From Parcubacteria group bacterium Gr01-1014_31 (GTDB lineage Bacteria; Patescibacteriota; Patescibacteriia; Buchananbacterales; GWA2-38-13): a stretch of DNA of 64,000 nucleotides. The position numbers and the translations under genes are program-made. The stretch covers positions 21,745 through 85,744 of the forward strand of contig VMFR01000004.1 in the NCBI GenBank assembly GCA_007376135.1, given 5' to 3'. The notes below the pieces were generated by a model. The model had not been told where the DNA came from. It did no database searches and was given only the letters and a program-made list of their open reading frames with translations. This document shows, piece by piece, positions 18,289 to 30,000 of the stretch; position 1 is the stretch's first letter, and every line of letters starts with the position of its first letter.

Positions 18289-20252
18289 ACGCTTTCACTC
18301 CGATTATCGGCAGCTTTCCGCGTCCCCGGAGCGCCGGTCTGCTCTTCCATCGACTGTGCAAAGTCCTTTTTCGCCTGCTCGATCTCCAACAACTGCCGCG
18401 GGTCCGACGTGATCAGCTGGTCTTCGGCGTACGACGCGACGACCTTGATGGCCGCGTGCTTGTCGCCGGCAAAGAAGATCCCCTCCCCGACGCCGCACTC
18501 CAGCAGCAGGTACTTTTCCCCGTCGGTCAGGACGAACGTTTTGGCGATGAGGTCGATGGATGCGGACGACTGACGCATCAACACCTGGATGGAACTGTTG
18601 GTGACGATCGCCGATCCATACGGCGAAAGCAGGAAATCATTGACGTCCTGGGTGATGGTGGTCACCCCCAGGTAGTACTTGCGGCAACGCTTCACGAGGG
18701 CATAGATGAACTTTGCCGAGTCCTCGTACTGCATCAGCCACCAGGCTTCATCGATGACCATGATGCGGCGCTTCAGCTCGGAGCGCACGACGTTCCAGAT
18801 ATAATTGATAATGGTGTAAATGGCGATCGGCCGCAGCTCGTCCTCCAAATCACGGACGGAAAAGACCACCAGCTGGTTATGGACGTCGATGTTGGTGGGA
18901 CTGTTGAACAAACCGGAGAACGTCCCCTGCGTGTACTTCTGTAACCGAATGACCAGGTCGCCGGACCCTTCCATGCCTTCGAGCACCTCCTGGAAGTCCT
19001 GCATGATCGGGGCCTCCACCGTGGCCAGGTCGGAATTGGCGGTGATGTCTTTCTTGGCGTAGGTTTCCAGCAGCGCGCGGTCAATGAGCGAGTCTTCCTG
19101 TGGAGAGAAGCCAAGCTTGCCCGAATCGCCGATCGGCTTGCCCAGCATGATGCGCAGCAGCCCCTTGAGCGTGATGACCGCGCCGCGGATGATGTCGCCG
19201 GCGCGCTGGTCGCCGACGGGCCGCGGCAGGTCGAACGGATTGAGTTTGCTCTCCGAAGACAGCGAAATATTGATGTACGTGCCGCCGACCGCGTCGCACA
19301 GATGCTGGTACTCGCGCTCGGGGTCGATGATGATGACGTCGGTTCCTAGCATCAGCGACCGCAGCACCTCCAGTTTAATAGTGTAGCTCTTACCGGCGCC
19401 GGAGGTCGCGAACACCACCATGTTGGCGTTCTGCAGGCTGAAACGGTCGAACAAGATCAAACTGTTGTTGTGGCGGTTGATGCCATACAGCACGCCATCG
19501 TCCGAGGTCAGTTCCGACGAAATGAACGGGAATGAGCTGGCGATCGGCGACGAATTCATGTTGAACGCGATCATCAGCATATCCTCGCCCAACGGCATCG
19601 TCGAGGTGAACCCCTGCTCGGCCTGATAGAGCACCTTGCGCGAGTACACCAGCTTGCTGCCGAACAGCGCCTCCACGTCGTCGGTCAGCCGCTCCAGCTT
19701 CTTACGGTCCTCGGCGTAGACCGTCACATACAGCCCGAACTGGAAAAAATGCTCGATCCCCTGGGTCAAATCGTCCCGCAGCTGCTCGATGTCGCGCAAG
19801 GCCGTTTCGCGAATGGGGTCGCGGGGAGCACCTTTCTCGCGGTCGGCCAGGATCTGTGCCTCAAGGTTGCCGACCCGCTTCTTTAGCTGCTTGAGGATGA
19901 CATCCGACCGCACGGGATAGAAGTACATCGAAATGTCCAACGGCAAATTGAGGTTGATGATAGGCGCGAACCACCCGACCGTAATGTACCTGGGGTACCC
20001 GATGACAAACAGCGTCCGCACGAACAGGTCGCCCAGCATCAGGAACGACGGCTTGACCTGGAAAGCCGCCGGCGCGATCAGATCCCGGATGGAAATAAGA
20101 CCTTCGCGGTAGATCCGCTCCTCCTCGAGGATGATCTTCTCCTCGGTGATCTGCCGCTGCTCCAGGCGCTTACGCTCCTCGGCCGACAGCGTCGGGGTCA
20201 AGGGCTTGGCCGCCTGTCTTTCCTCGCGTTCAATTTGCTGTGGTTTGAACAT
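18285..20252 (-). CDS. virB4: VirB4/TrbE/CagE-like type IV secretion ATPase
   Basis: 655 aa. Walker A VVFATSGAGKSYTIK. Walker B RRIMVIDEAWWLM. Overall length and architecture of VirB4-family (AAA_10/DUF87) proteins. Confidence 0.85.
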   Translation of the reverse strand: MFKPQQIEREERQAAKPLTPTLSAEERKRLEQRQITEEKIILEEERIYREGLISIRDLIAPAAFQVKPSFLMLGDLFVRTLFVIGYPRYITVGWFAPIINLNLPLDISMYFYPVRSDVILKQLKKRVGNLEAQILADREKGAPRDPIRETALRDIEQLRDDLTQGIEHFFQFGLYVTVYAEDRKKLERLTDDVEALFGSKLVYSRKVLYQAEQGFTSTMPLGEDMLMIAFNMNSSPIASSFPFISSELTSDDGVLYGINRHNNSLILFDRFSLQNANMVVFATSGAGKSYTIKLEVLRSLMLGTDVIIIDPEREYQHLCDAVGGTYINISLSSESKLNPFDLPRPVGDQRAGDIIRGAVITLKGLLRIMLGKPIGDSGKLGFSPQEDSLIDRALLETYAKKDITANSDLATVEAPIMQDFQEVLEGMEGSGDLVIRLQKYTQGTFSGLFNSPTNIDVHNQLVVFSVRDLEDELRPIAIYTIINYIWNVVRSELKRRIMVIDEAWWLMQYEDSAKFIYALVKRCRKYYLGVTTITQDVNDFLLSPYGSAIVTNSSIQVLMRQSSASIDLIAKTFVLTDGEKYLLLECGVGEGIFFAGDKHAAIKVVASYAEDQLITSDPRQLLEIEQAKKDFAQSMEEQTGAPGTRKAADNRSESV

Positions 20253-20335
20253 TGATGTTTGGGGCTAGTACCCGGTGCTCTGTGCCCAGTGCTCCGTGCG
20301 TATCGTCACCGTCGTAACTATACTGAGCACATGCG

Positions 20336-21058
20336 CTAGGGCTCGACCTGCAGTTGGTTAAGATCGGCGAGCTTCTGCCGTTCGGACGCCCCGGGGTTAT
20401 AGGTATTGTAATACAGTTCGATCAACCCCTGGGTGTCCAAGAGTGCTGCTTTCAACCCGATACTGCCCAACGACGCCACAACATGGTCAACCCGCTGCAT
20501 CAGATCACGCCGACGCTGCAAGAACCGTTCGCGCGACAGCCGTACTGACCCCGCCGCCTTGAAGACCTCGAGCAGACGCTTGAACCACCCCTTCTGCTTG
20601 TCCGACAGGGGATTATGCGGCACCACGACATAGAAACGCTTGGTCATGATCTCACCCAGCTCCACCAGCTCGGTGACGTAGTTGCGGTACTCGGCGATCT
20701 GGAGTTTCAGCAACTCATTGGTCTGCTCCTTTTCTTTCTGCTCCAAGCGCGTCAGATATCCGCTGATGTTAAGCTTGCGCGACTGAATGAGAATCTGGAG
20801 GGGAAAATCGATGGCATTCAGAAAATTCACGTAGGCCGCAATGATCGCATTTTGCTCTTCCTCCGACTTGAGCGAAAAATTGATGCTCGACACCAACAGC
20901 ACCGCCCGTAAGGTCCCGTCCTTGAGCACGACGCAATCCTCCTTGACCTCGGCGATCGGCAGATGCCGCTGCGTCGACGGCGTTTTCGCCGCCGGACGAG
21001 CCGGCAATCCGGTGGAAGCGGCGTCCTTTGCCCCTGCGGTCTTCTTGGCTTTTGCCAT
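20336..21058 (-). CDS. Hypothetical protein, T4SS-associated (between the PrgI-like and VirB4-like genes)
   Basis: 240 aa with ATG at 21058, an N-terminal Lys/Ala-rich segment and no TM. Its position suggests an apparatus component. Confidence 0.5.
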   Translation of the reverse strand: MAKAKKTAGAKDAASTGLPARPAAKTPSTQRHLPIAEVKEDCVVLKDGTLRAVLLVSSINFSLKSEEEQNAIIAAYVNFLNAIDFPLQILIQSRKLNISGYLTRLEQKEKEQTNELLKLQIAEYRNYVTELVELGEIMTKRFYVVVPHNPLSDKQKGWFKRLLEVFKAAGSVRLSRERFLQRRRDLMQRVDHVVASLGSIGLKAALLDTQGLIELYYNTYNPGASERQKLADLNQLQVEP

Positions 21059-21071
21059 ACTGTTGTGCAGC

Positions 21072-21509
21072 TCAGTCCTGGGCCGTTTCGCCCTCGTAAA
21101 CGCCGCCGGTATCCACGATCAGGGATAATTCCACCAGCCGCGAACTACCCACGAGCGGTTTATGACGGGGCGGTACGATCGGCTTGGTCGTTATTTCCTT
21201 CATCGCCAGCTGGAGCTCGGCCAGCGTCAATCGTTTGTCCCAGAGGGTCAGGCGCGGCCGCTTTATGGTTTGGATGAAATTGAGGATAAAATAATGGACC
21301 GGGCGACCGTTGATCTTGATGAACGCGAACACAATGGTAAACACCGCGATTACCAGTAACCAGAGCAGGAACAAAGTGAAATCGGAAACCTTATACGCCA
21401 GGAACACCAGCCCGCCGGACACCAGTAAAATAATGAACTGGCGCACCGTGATGGGACCGATGACCTTGTCCTCCACGTCGAGGAATTGCGGAACCACGAA
21501 CTGCTGCAT
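21072..21509 (-). CDS. PrgI/VirB3-like small membrane protein
   Basis: 145 aa. MQQFVVPQFLDVEDKVIGPITVRQFIILLVSGGLVF followed by two TM helices. It lies immediately upstream of the VirB4 region, as PrgI-family proteins do in Gram-positive-type T4SS. Confidence 0.55.
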   Translation of the reverse strand: MQQFVVPQFLDVEDKVIGPITVRQFIILLVSGGLVFLAYKVSDFTLFLLWLLVIAVFTIVFAFIKINGRPVHYFILNFIQTIKRPRLTLWDKRLTLAELQLAMKEITTKPIVPPRHKPLVGSSRLVELSLIVDTGGVYEGETAQD

Positions 21510-21613
21510 TACCGTAGTGCTAGGTACTACGTACTATGTGCAAAGTACTTTTCGTGCGCGGATGAACAACTGCCGACCGAACGCACATAGAACTTAGCAC
21601 TTAGAACGTAATA

Positions 21614-22768
21614 CTAAAACCTCAACGTCCGATTAAAATCCGCAACGGCCTCGAACTCGGCAATGCTCAGCACCGGCGTTCCGGGGGTCGCCTGCGCACC
21701 CAGCATCTCGCTGATCGGCCGCTTCTCCGCCATCGCACGACCGGCCGTCGCCGTGTACAGGTTGAATACTTCGCAGGACCGCCAGGCCGCGATTGCTGCC
21801 GCTTTCTGGGCAAAGGACTGCTGCTCAAGCAGAGCGATCTTTTCGCGTAAGTGTTCCGTGGCGCGGCGCGGATCGGCATCCAAGCGGCGGAAGTCCTGCA
21901 GGGTCATCTGACCGATCTCTTCCAGGGGACCGACCAACTGCGGCCGGTACCGCACTTCCGGCACTTGCTCTGCCGCGGGTTCGGCGGCAGGCGCGGGCGG
22001 TTCCGCCAGTCGCGGTAAAGGAGGCAACATTGCCGGCGGCGCGATGGGTAAAACTGCGGGCTCAGGCTGCAGGGACCTCGTCGGCACCAATAACGACGGC
22101 AACTCTGGCGGTAGCGCGGACGGACCCGGCGGAACGGCGACGGACGGACGGCTGATCAACGATGGACGCTTGGGCGGGGGCGGTGGTACCGTCATCCGGG
22201 CGGGAGCGGCGGGCGGGAGCGGCTGCAAGGACATGCGCCGCGGCGGCGCGATCGGCGCGGTTGAGATGGGGATGGAGGGCCCTTGCGGTATGACCCCGCT
22301 GACGTTGGCCTGCAACTGGGCGACGGCCTGGTCCTGCTGCTGACGGCTGCCCTCGCTGAACTGGCGGTAGTATTTTTCAATGACCGCAGAGGCTGTTTCC
22401 GCCTGCTCGGCAGCGAACCCCAACCCGCCGACCTTCACCGGTCGGGCCATCGCTTCGCGAGTTTCAATGGCATCCCGAATGTCTTTGAACCGCGCCAAAA
22501 CCTGGGTGCGCAGCCGTTTCTGCAATATTGGGTCGGGCAATGGCAGCGCCAATTCTTTAATGACCTGGCCAACGAACGATTCCACTGGGGATGGTTGAGG
22601 GGAAAGCGGCACGGGAGGGGATGCGAGAACCGATGGCGCGGCCGTCGGCTGCGCGGCACTGCGCCACGGCTCTACGATGCCGCCGCGCAACACCTTCAGC
22701 TGCCCATCAGCATCCTTGAAGAGTACCTCCTCGCTGCCGGTGAACGGGTTGTATACAGCCTCAGGCAT
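21614..22768 (-). CDS. Proline-rich hypothetical protein
   Basis: Long Pro/Ala low-complexity core flanked by structured N- and C-terminal regions. Start chosen at the ATG at 22768 (ORF-track start 22792 is GTG). Confidence 0.5.
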   Translation of the reverse strand: MPEAVYNPFTGSEEVLFKDADGQLKVLRGGIVEPWRSAAQPTAAPSVLASPPVPLSPQPSPVESFVGQVIKELALPLPDPILQKRLRTQVLARFKDIRDAIETREAMARPVKVGGLGFAAEQAETASAVIEKYYRQFSEGSRQQQDQAVAQLQANVSGVIPQGPSIPISTAPIAPPRRMSLQPLPPAAPARMTVPPPPPKRPSLISRPSVAVPPGPSALPPELPSLLVPTRSLQPEPAVLPIAPPAMLPPLPRLAEPPAPAAEPAAEQVPEVRYRPQLVGPLEEIGQMTLQDFRRLDADPRRATEHLREKIALLEQQSFAQKAAAIAAWRSCEVFNLYTATAGRAMAEKRPISEMLGAQATPGTPVLSIAEFEAVADFNRTLRF

Positions 22769-22779
22769 GAATAGAAGGT

Positions 22780-24072
22780 TTACGGCAACCACTTGAAAGT
22801 CTTTTCCCGCACATCAAAGTACGCCAACTTTTCATACTGATGCCGCCCGCGCTGCTTGAAGATGTTGGACAGCTGCGCTCCGACACGAGCGGCGTCATGC
22901 TCGGGCACATCCAAACGCTCCTGTAGAACGTATTGTATAAACAACTGCACCGACTGTCTACTTAACGGCTGCTGCGCAAGGGTATCCGCCGCCGCCTGGC
23001 CGTACAACGATGGCCACACGGACAGCAAATGCTGCCGCAAAGCCTGATCCTCGGCCAGCATTCGCTCCAACTGGTCGGCCTGCGCCAATAAACGCAGCGC
23101 CGCCACCGCGCGAGGCACATTCCGCGACTGTACCGCCGCGAAGAATTCGGCGGCCAATTTTTTTGGGTCATCACCGACCTTGGCCCGGATACCGGACGCC
23201 GCTTCGGTGACTGCCCGCTGGTCGGCGTCGCCGCCGCGGTAGGCGGCCACGATATGTCCCAAAGCGGGGGCCGTCACCGTTGCAGCGGCAGGCTCCGTTA
23301 TCGCTCTGCCGCCGACGCGCTCCACTACTGGCTCCAGTGCGGCGCGCTCTTCCACGATAGGCGCCTTATGCGGAAAGCGCAGCAGATCGTAGGTCTCCAA
23401 AAGCTTCGTCAAGATCTCTCGGTCGGCATTATTCAACCGTTTCACGTTGGCATCGCGCTGCAAAAAATGGGCTCGCTCCACCGGTCCGCGTTCCTGGTTC
23501 AACGGGAACGAACCGTTGTAGACCCGCAGCCAGTTCTGTACCGTCGGGTCTATGCGTTCCGGACTCTCCGGCACGGTCAGGGGCGTTTCACCGATCGTTT
23601 CCGCATTCAATCCGATCACCCGGAGAATGATATTGCTCACGTTCACCGCCAGGTCGGGCTCGCCATAGCTGATGAGCGCCGCCTGCATCCCTGAGGCCAG
23701 GTCCAACCCTGCCCGCAACGCCATCACGGTGCTGGACTGGAATACCTCCTCGACGTCGCGAACCCGCAGTACGGCGACACCGGCCACCTTCAGGAGCGCG
23801 ATGATCTGCTGCAGGCGCTCTTCATCGGTTACATCCAGGAGCGTCCGGTCCGAGGACGGGGAAAGCAGACCCTGCAACCGATGCGCCAACTGTAACGCCA
23901 ACCCCCATTCATGTGCTGCGTCCAGGTAAAGTAGGGTGGCATACAGGCGGTCGAAGGCCTTGGGCTGTTTCACCCAGCGCACGTCGACAAATCCGAACTC
24001 TTCCTCGGTCAAACCCTGATCGAGGTCCGGCTTCCGGTTCGCCAAAAAATGGTAACTCAATCGCTCGGCCAT
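22780..24072 (-). CDS. Hypothetical protein (T4SS-like block)
   Basis: ~430 aa with no recognisable motifs. Start chosen at the ATG at 24072 (MAERLSYHF), just after the upstream stop. The ORF-track ATG at 24165 would overlap the giant gene. Confidence 0.5.
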   Translation of the reverse strand: MAERLSYHFLANRKPDLDQGLTEEEFGFVDVRWVKQPKAFDRLYATLLYLDAAHEWGLALQLAHRLQGLLSPSSDRTLLDVTDEERLQQIIALLKVAGVAVLRVRDVEEVFQSSTVMALRAGLDLASGMQAALISYGEPDLAVNVSNIILRVIGLNAETIGETPLTVPESPERIDPTVQNWLRVYNGSFPLNQERGPVERAHFLQRDANVKRLNNADREILTKLLETYDLLRFPHKAPIVEERAALEPVVERVGGRAITEPAAATVTAPALGHIVAAYRGGDADQRAVTEAASGIRAKVGDDPKKLAAEFFAAVQSRNVPRAVAALRLLAQADQLERMLAEDQALRQHLLSVWPSLYGQAAADTLAQQPLSRQSVQLFIQYVLQERLDVPEHDAARVGAQLSNIFKQRGRHQYEKLAYFDVREKTFKWLP

Positions 24073-24076
24073 AAAA

Positions 24077-27000
24077 TTAAATGGTGGGCCGGCTTTTCGG
24101 CGGTTCACCGGGTAATGATTCCGGCGGGATCGAAGGGATCTCCGAGGCGCCAGCCGACCCTTCATTACGCTGTGCCATCTCCTGCAGAGACCTATTGATC
24201 TGGAAGAGAATATCTGCGAGTTCGTCGGCTTGTTCCTGGGTCACCCCCGTCCCCATTGCCGCCGCTGACTCGAAATCTTGGACGCGACCCATCCCTTCCC
24301 GCAGATTCTTGCTCAGGGTATCGAACTTCTTCGCCGCATCTTTTTCGTCCTTACCGGCGCTCTCGCTGGCCCCCTCCTGCACCGCCTGCAGCGATTGGAT
24401 CCCATTGGCGACCTCCTGTAAACCGGTAGCCATCGACTTCAGCGTCGTCTCCAACGATTTAACATCAACTGACGGTAACTGCTTTGCCGCCCGCGTCTGG
24501 GTATCGACTTCCTCCACCACCGCCTGCACCGCAGCGGTACGCTGCCCGGTCGGCGAACCTGCGGGTGCCGCCGATCGCGTTTCTCCCGCTGCCGCGAAAC
24601 CGGCCGACGACTCGCGGGATGTAGGCGAAGGGGCTGCCGCAGCGGATGGCGCAGGTTTGGCTTTCGGCGGCGGAACGGCCCGCACCGACGGCGGCGCAAT
24701 GCCCTCGGCCGCAGCCTCGGCTGCGCGGCCGACATTTTCTTCTGCCGCGGTGGCGATATTCTCGGCCTGCTCAACCAGATCCATAAGACCCGCAGAGAAA
24801 CCCTGGATCTCTCCCATGCGCTGTTCGATCTGCTCCATCTCTCCGCTCTGTTCGGCGATCGCTTGCTGCGCCTTACGCAGTGCGGCGACATTACCCGTTG
24901 ACTGGGCCCGCTGCGCCGCAGCACTCTGCTGCTGCAAGGCAGCCCCTACCGCGAGACGGCGCTTGTCCAGATGCTCATACTCCTTGCTCATGGCCGGGAG
25001 CTCCTGCTCCCCCATCGTCTTTGCTTCCCCGAGCCGCCGCCGAGCGATCGCCAACTCCTCCTGTGCGAGAACAAGATCACTTACGTCAGCAGCGTTCTTT
25101 AATACCAAATCATCCCATTCGCCGATCTCTTTATCGACGCCTTTGATCTGACTGCCCACCGCGTTGAAACGGTCTTGTGCGGTTTTCACGGCGTCATTGG
25201 CGCGCTTGCGTTCCGCACCCGGCGCGGCCTTGGCCTGGCGCGCTTGCTGCTTTTGCAGGTCTTTCTCTGCGGCTTGATGCTGTTGGACCAATCCCGACCG
25301 TTTCTCAGTGAGCTCACGATAGTTGAAATCGCGCTTTGTTTTTGCGGTCGAGAGTTCCTGACCCGCTTCTTTCAGGCCGCTGCCCCTTGCCTTGGGAGCG
25401 AGGCCCAAACGGCGGCGCTTCACGGTGTAATCAAGCTGGTCCCGAATGATCTGTGCTCGCTGGGCGCGGTCGTGGGCTGCCCGGGCCCCGGCATCATCCC
25501 CCTGGGTTGCCTTTTCCTCCGCTTCCTTATTGTTCGCTTCCAATTCGGATTGGGCATTGCTTAATTGCTGGGCGAGCTCGTCCTTGCTCAAAGTACCCGC
25601 GGCGTCACGGACCGCGGCAGCGAACGTTTCCAGGGATTGCACAGATTCCTCAACCCGGCGCCGGTAATCGGCTTGAACGCCATCAAACGCCTGGGAATCC
25701 TTCGCGACAACGCCTTGTTGTTCGGTAACGGCGTCGGCGGCGGCGACAACCTCCTGCTGCTTGACCCGCGCGAGCGTTTGGGCTTCTTCCTGGGCCTGAT
25801 AATTCCCCTCTTCGGCGGCCTTGCGGGCCTGCGCGTTCAATTCCGCGAGTTCAACCTGCCGTTGGTCGCGCACCTTAACGCGATTCCCCAATTCCAGTTG
25901 GCTGGCCTGTAATGCTTGCTCCTTGGCCCCGATCTCCTGCTTGGCGCCAACCACTTCCTCGCGGTTTCCCTGGCGCGCCGCCAAAAACTTCTCTTCCACG
26001 GCAGTCAGCGCCTGCTGGCCCTTACTGACCGGTACGGGCTTGGGTTGCTGCGCCTGCACCGCGCGCTCCTTGGCCTGCACCTCCTGCTGCTGTTTTGCGA
26101 TGCGCTGTTGTGCGGCACGCAAATCCCGTTCCGCGGCCTGGGCCAGGCGCTCCTGCCTCCCGGCTTCTTCCTGGTTGCCTTGGTCTGCGGCCCGCTTCCT
26201 CAATCGGTGATGCACCTGGGCGCGACGGGCAAGCTCATCGTGATTCTGTTCCAATTCCGCCAATTTGCCGCGGCTTCCCGATAGCTCCTGCTGCGCGCGC
26301 GCCGCTACATTCTCAGGCTTTGCCGCCTCACGACGTTCTTGGGTGTATCGAACGCGCTCCTGCAGCGTCGTCAAGAGTTCAGGGAAAGCCTGGTCGGCCT
26401 GCCGCGCGTTGTCCAGCGCCTCTTCCTTGCCCGCCACGTCGCGACGCTTGGTGCTGATTTGCTGGTCAAGTTGCGCCAGCTGCTGAGCGGACTGGTCGGC
26501 CTGCTGGCGCGCTGCCGCGATCTCCTGGGGCGTCAGACCAATACCTGCCTGCTGCACCGCCGCCTGGTTGATCTGCACCGCCTCGCCCAACGCCTGCTGG
26601 TCAGCACGATGCTGTACGAGCGTACGCCTGGACTCCTGCAGGCGAAGGTACTCGGCGTCGTAGGCCTGACGCTTTACGCCAACGTCCTGGCGCGCCCTTC
26701 CATGATGTTCGACAGCCGCCGCAACGCGCGTTTCCTGTGCGGCCTTGGCGGCGTTCTGCGCGTCGATCTGCTCGTTCAGCTGCGCCAACGGTGCGGCGAT
26801 CTTTTCCTCGGCGGTGGCGGCCAGCGCCTGCTCACGGGTCGCTTCCTCAAGCGCCTGCTGTTCGGCCAAAGCATTACCACTCGCCCTCGCGGCGTTCAAA
26901 CGCTGGCTCGCAGCGTTCTGGTTGGTGAGATGTTGGTCGCGTTCACGAGTCAAGACATCGCGATTTCCCATCAACGTCGTCAACTGGGTTTGTATCGCCT

Positions 27001-30000
27001 GCAAAGCTGATCCCTCTTGTCCCACTGCTGCGGCCGCTGCGGGCAGCTCCACCTTAGCGTTCTGCAGCTCAATGCGGGCATGCTCAACATTTTCCTCCTG
27101 GGTCTGCACCACCTGCTCCTGTTCGTTGACGCGTTGATTGGCCGCGCCCAACTGCCCCGCGCTGCGGTCATAGGCCTCTTGAGCGGCGTTCACATCGCGC
27201 GCCTCCGCATACCGGGCAGCCTGCTGGCGCACGAGCGTCGAGGATTTCAGCTTACTGCGGTCGGCCTCCAGCGCTGCCAGCTCCCCGCGCTCTCCCTCGA
27301 GCGCCGCTTGCGCCCCCTCGGTCGCCGACCCCCACTGCGGACTGACCTCGGCCAAAACTTTTTCAGCGATATCATCCAGCTCCGCATCCGGCAGCTGGTC
27401 GAGCGATTTTTGCAATGCCGCAATGAACGCCTGACTGTTGGGCCCCGCACTCGCGGCTGCCCTCTGGCGCAACGCCTCGGCTTGCCGCAGAGCCTCCTGG
27501 CGCTGGTCCACCACGCCCCGCTGGTCTGCGACCTGTTTGTTGAGGGCGTCCAACTGCGGCTGCACCTTGGCCTGGGAATCGCGCGCCAGATCGCGTTCCT
27601 TGATGGCTTCCCGGTCATTCACGGTAAAACCCAATTGGTCGCCGCGCGCTTTTGCCTGCTCCGCCCGCTGGCGCGCCGCCTGGCCTTTGGCGATATGTGC
27701 ATCCGTTTCCCCAAGCAACTCGCCGCGCTGGCCTTCCAGCTGATCGAGTTTTTGCTGTTCCGCGGTCAGCGCGGTATTTGCCTGCCGCACCTGCGCTTCG
27801 GCCCGGGTGGACTCCTGGGCGCGCGAACCTTGCTGGCCCGCTGCGCCCGTCAAAAGTTTTCCGATCTGTACATCCGGCTTTTGCTGCCGTCGGCGATGAA
27901 TTTCTACGATCTCCTCGTCGGTGATGGCGCGCTCCGACTTCTCCTGCGGCGGCAGCGTTTCATCGGGCTTGAGCGTGCGACCGCGGTAGCGGGCACCCTT
28001 TGCTTTATTGCCGGCCTTATCGGTCACCTCCAGTTCATCCAGGAACTTCCGCGTCTGCTCGGACAACGTGTGGGCGTTATCGTTCACGCCCAACGAGTGC
28101 GCCAGATATTCTTCCGGCGTTTCCTGGTCGAACAGTTGCTGCTGCTCCTCGGACAACGTGCCTCGGAACGCCTGACGCTGCTCGTCGTTCAGCTGATTGG
28201 CAAGAGTATGACCGTACTCGTGGCGACGGGCGGTGAAGCGGCTACCGAACGCGGCGTTGTTATGCAGGGACAGCGTTGAAGCGGTATCCAACCGTTTTTT
28301 GAATTCTGCCTCGCGCTGCTGGGCGCTGACCTCTCCGGCCGCCAGTGAGGAAACGTCCTTATCCTGGGACATCTGCCGCAGCGCCTCACCCTGCTGATTC
28401 TCCGCTATCGCGGCATCCTTGTAGCGATAGCCGGAAACGGCACCCGACGCATCGCGGAGCTCCTCAACGCGGCCAGCGGCATTGCCCTCCTTGAACTCCG
28501 CCGCTGCCCATTGCCCGACCACGCGGTCAGCGTACTGCTTGTCCGCGTCGGCTGGTTTCAATGTTTGATACTTCGCAGCATAGGCATCGTGCAATTCTTC
28601 ATTCGTCACAGCGTGGGGCTGCTTACCCAACCGTTGCGCGGTTTCCTGACGGAAGGCAACCCCTCTGCCAACCAGCTCTTTCCTGTAATCCTCCGCCAAA
28701 TTCTTGGCGACGATATCCTTGTTCAATTTCCGCTCCGCGGTTGACTCATCGTAGTTGACGGCGGTCATCCCCGGAACGACGCCATACCGCTGACCGGCTT
28801 CGGCGGACTCGAAGTTCACGCCGATACCGGCCACCGCCCTGCGTCCATATTCTGCCAATGGGCCTTCGGCGTAGCCCTCGGCTGGCCGCCGCTCGATGGA
28901 GGCAACACCCCGCATCGCATCAAGGCTCTCGCTCCGCTTTTCTTCCACCTGCTCATGGCGGACGATCGCCGACGCCGCATACAGCGTCCCGGCGCGAATC
29001 TCTTCCTGGTGCAGGCGTCCATACGCTTCATTGGCCTCGGGCTCCGACATCCCGGCGGCAATCAGCCGCTGATACGCTTCCTGCGAAGCGGCCTGGACCT
29101 CGGGGCTGTAGGTTTCCATCAACGGCCGTCCACCCTTCGGGGCGTACCCATCATGCAGCCGCCATTCTTCGGGGACCTCCTCATCTTGCAGCGCCGCAGG
29201 TTTTCCGTTGATATCGGTCGCCCCTGGTATACCATGTTGCAAATATTCCAGCCATTTAGCGGCGGTTCGGCTTTTGACGTAGGTTTCCAACTCGGGCGAG
29301 AGCGGCCCCGTACGAGCGGCGGCATAACTTGTAGGTTCGTAGGTCTTTCCTGATTTTGTAAACTGCTCCTCTGTATACTTATCTAATTCAATCCCAGGGG
29401 TGCCATCGTAGTTTTTCACCCCAGCCAAATTCATGATCCTTTCAACCGCTACCGCCTGCTGAGAGGAGATATTCTTCTGCCCAAAAAGGTTGGCTACCCC
29501 ATGGTGGCCCTTCGCCTTCAGCTGGTCGTAGACCGACCTGATATCCAGTGCCATGGAACCGGTTTTTTGGTCAAAACGGAAGCCGGCGAATTCCGCGGCG
29601 CGGGGCTGCAGGCCATGGCCGCGTTGCGCCACCACGCGACCGAAAAAGACGGTATCGAACTTCGCCGACGCGATCTTACCCAAGCGGTCCATCCGGCCCA
29701 TGCGAGAATGGACGACCTTTCCGCCCGACAGCACGTCTTCAAACGGCTGCGCGGTGGGATGGAATTTGAAAAAGGCTTTGCCTTCAGTCTTGGCAACAAA
29801 ATTTTCCATTTTTCCGCGGCCGATGATCGTACCGAACTCTTCGCCGAACTTCTCCTCGAGTTTCCGCAATACATTCGCGCGGATATTCGGGTTGTTATGG
29901 ATGGTCGGAGCCGCTTTGTGCTCCGCCGCCAGCTCTTCCCGGGCGCTGTCTTCAGACACCAGGACGTTTTCCACGTCCCCGGTGGGGCGCCCCTTGCTGT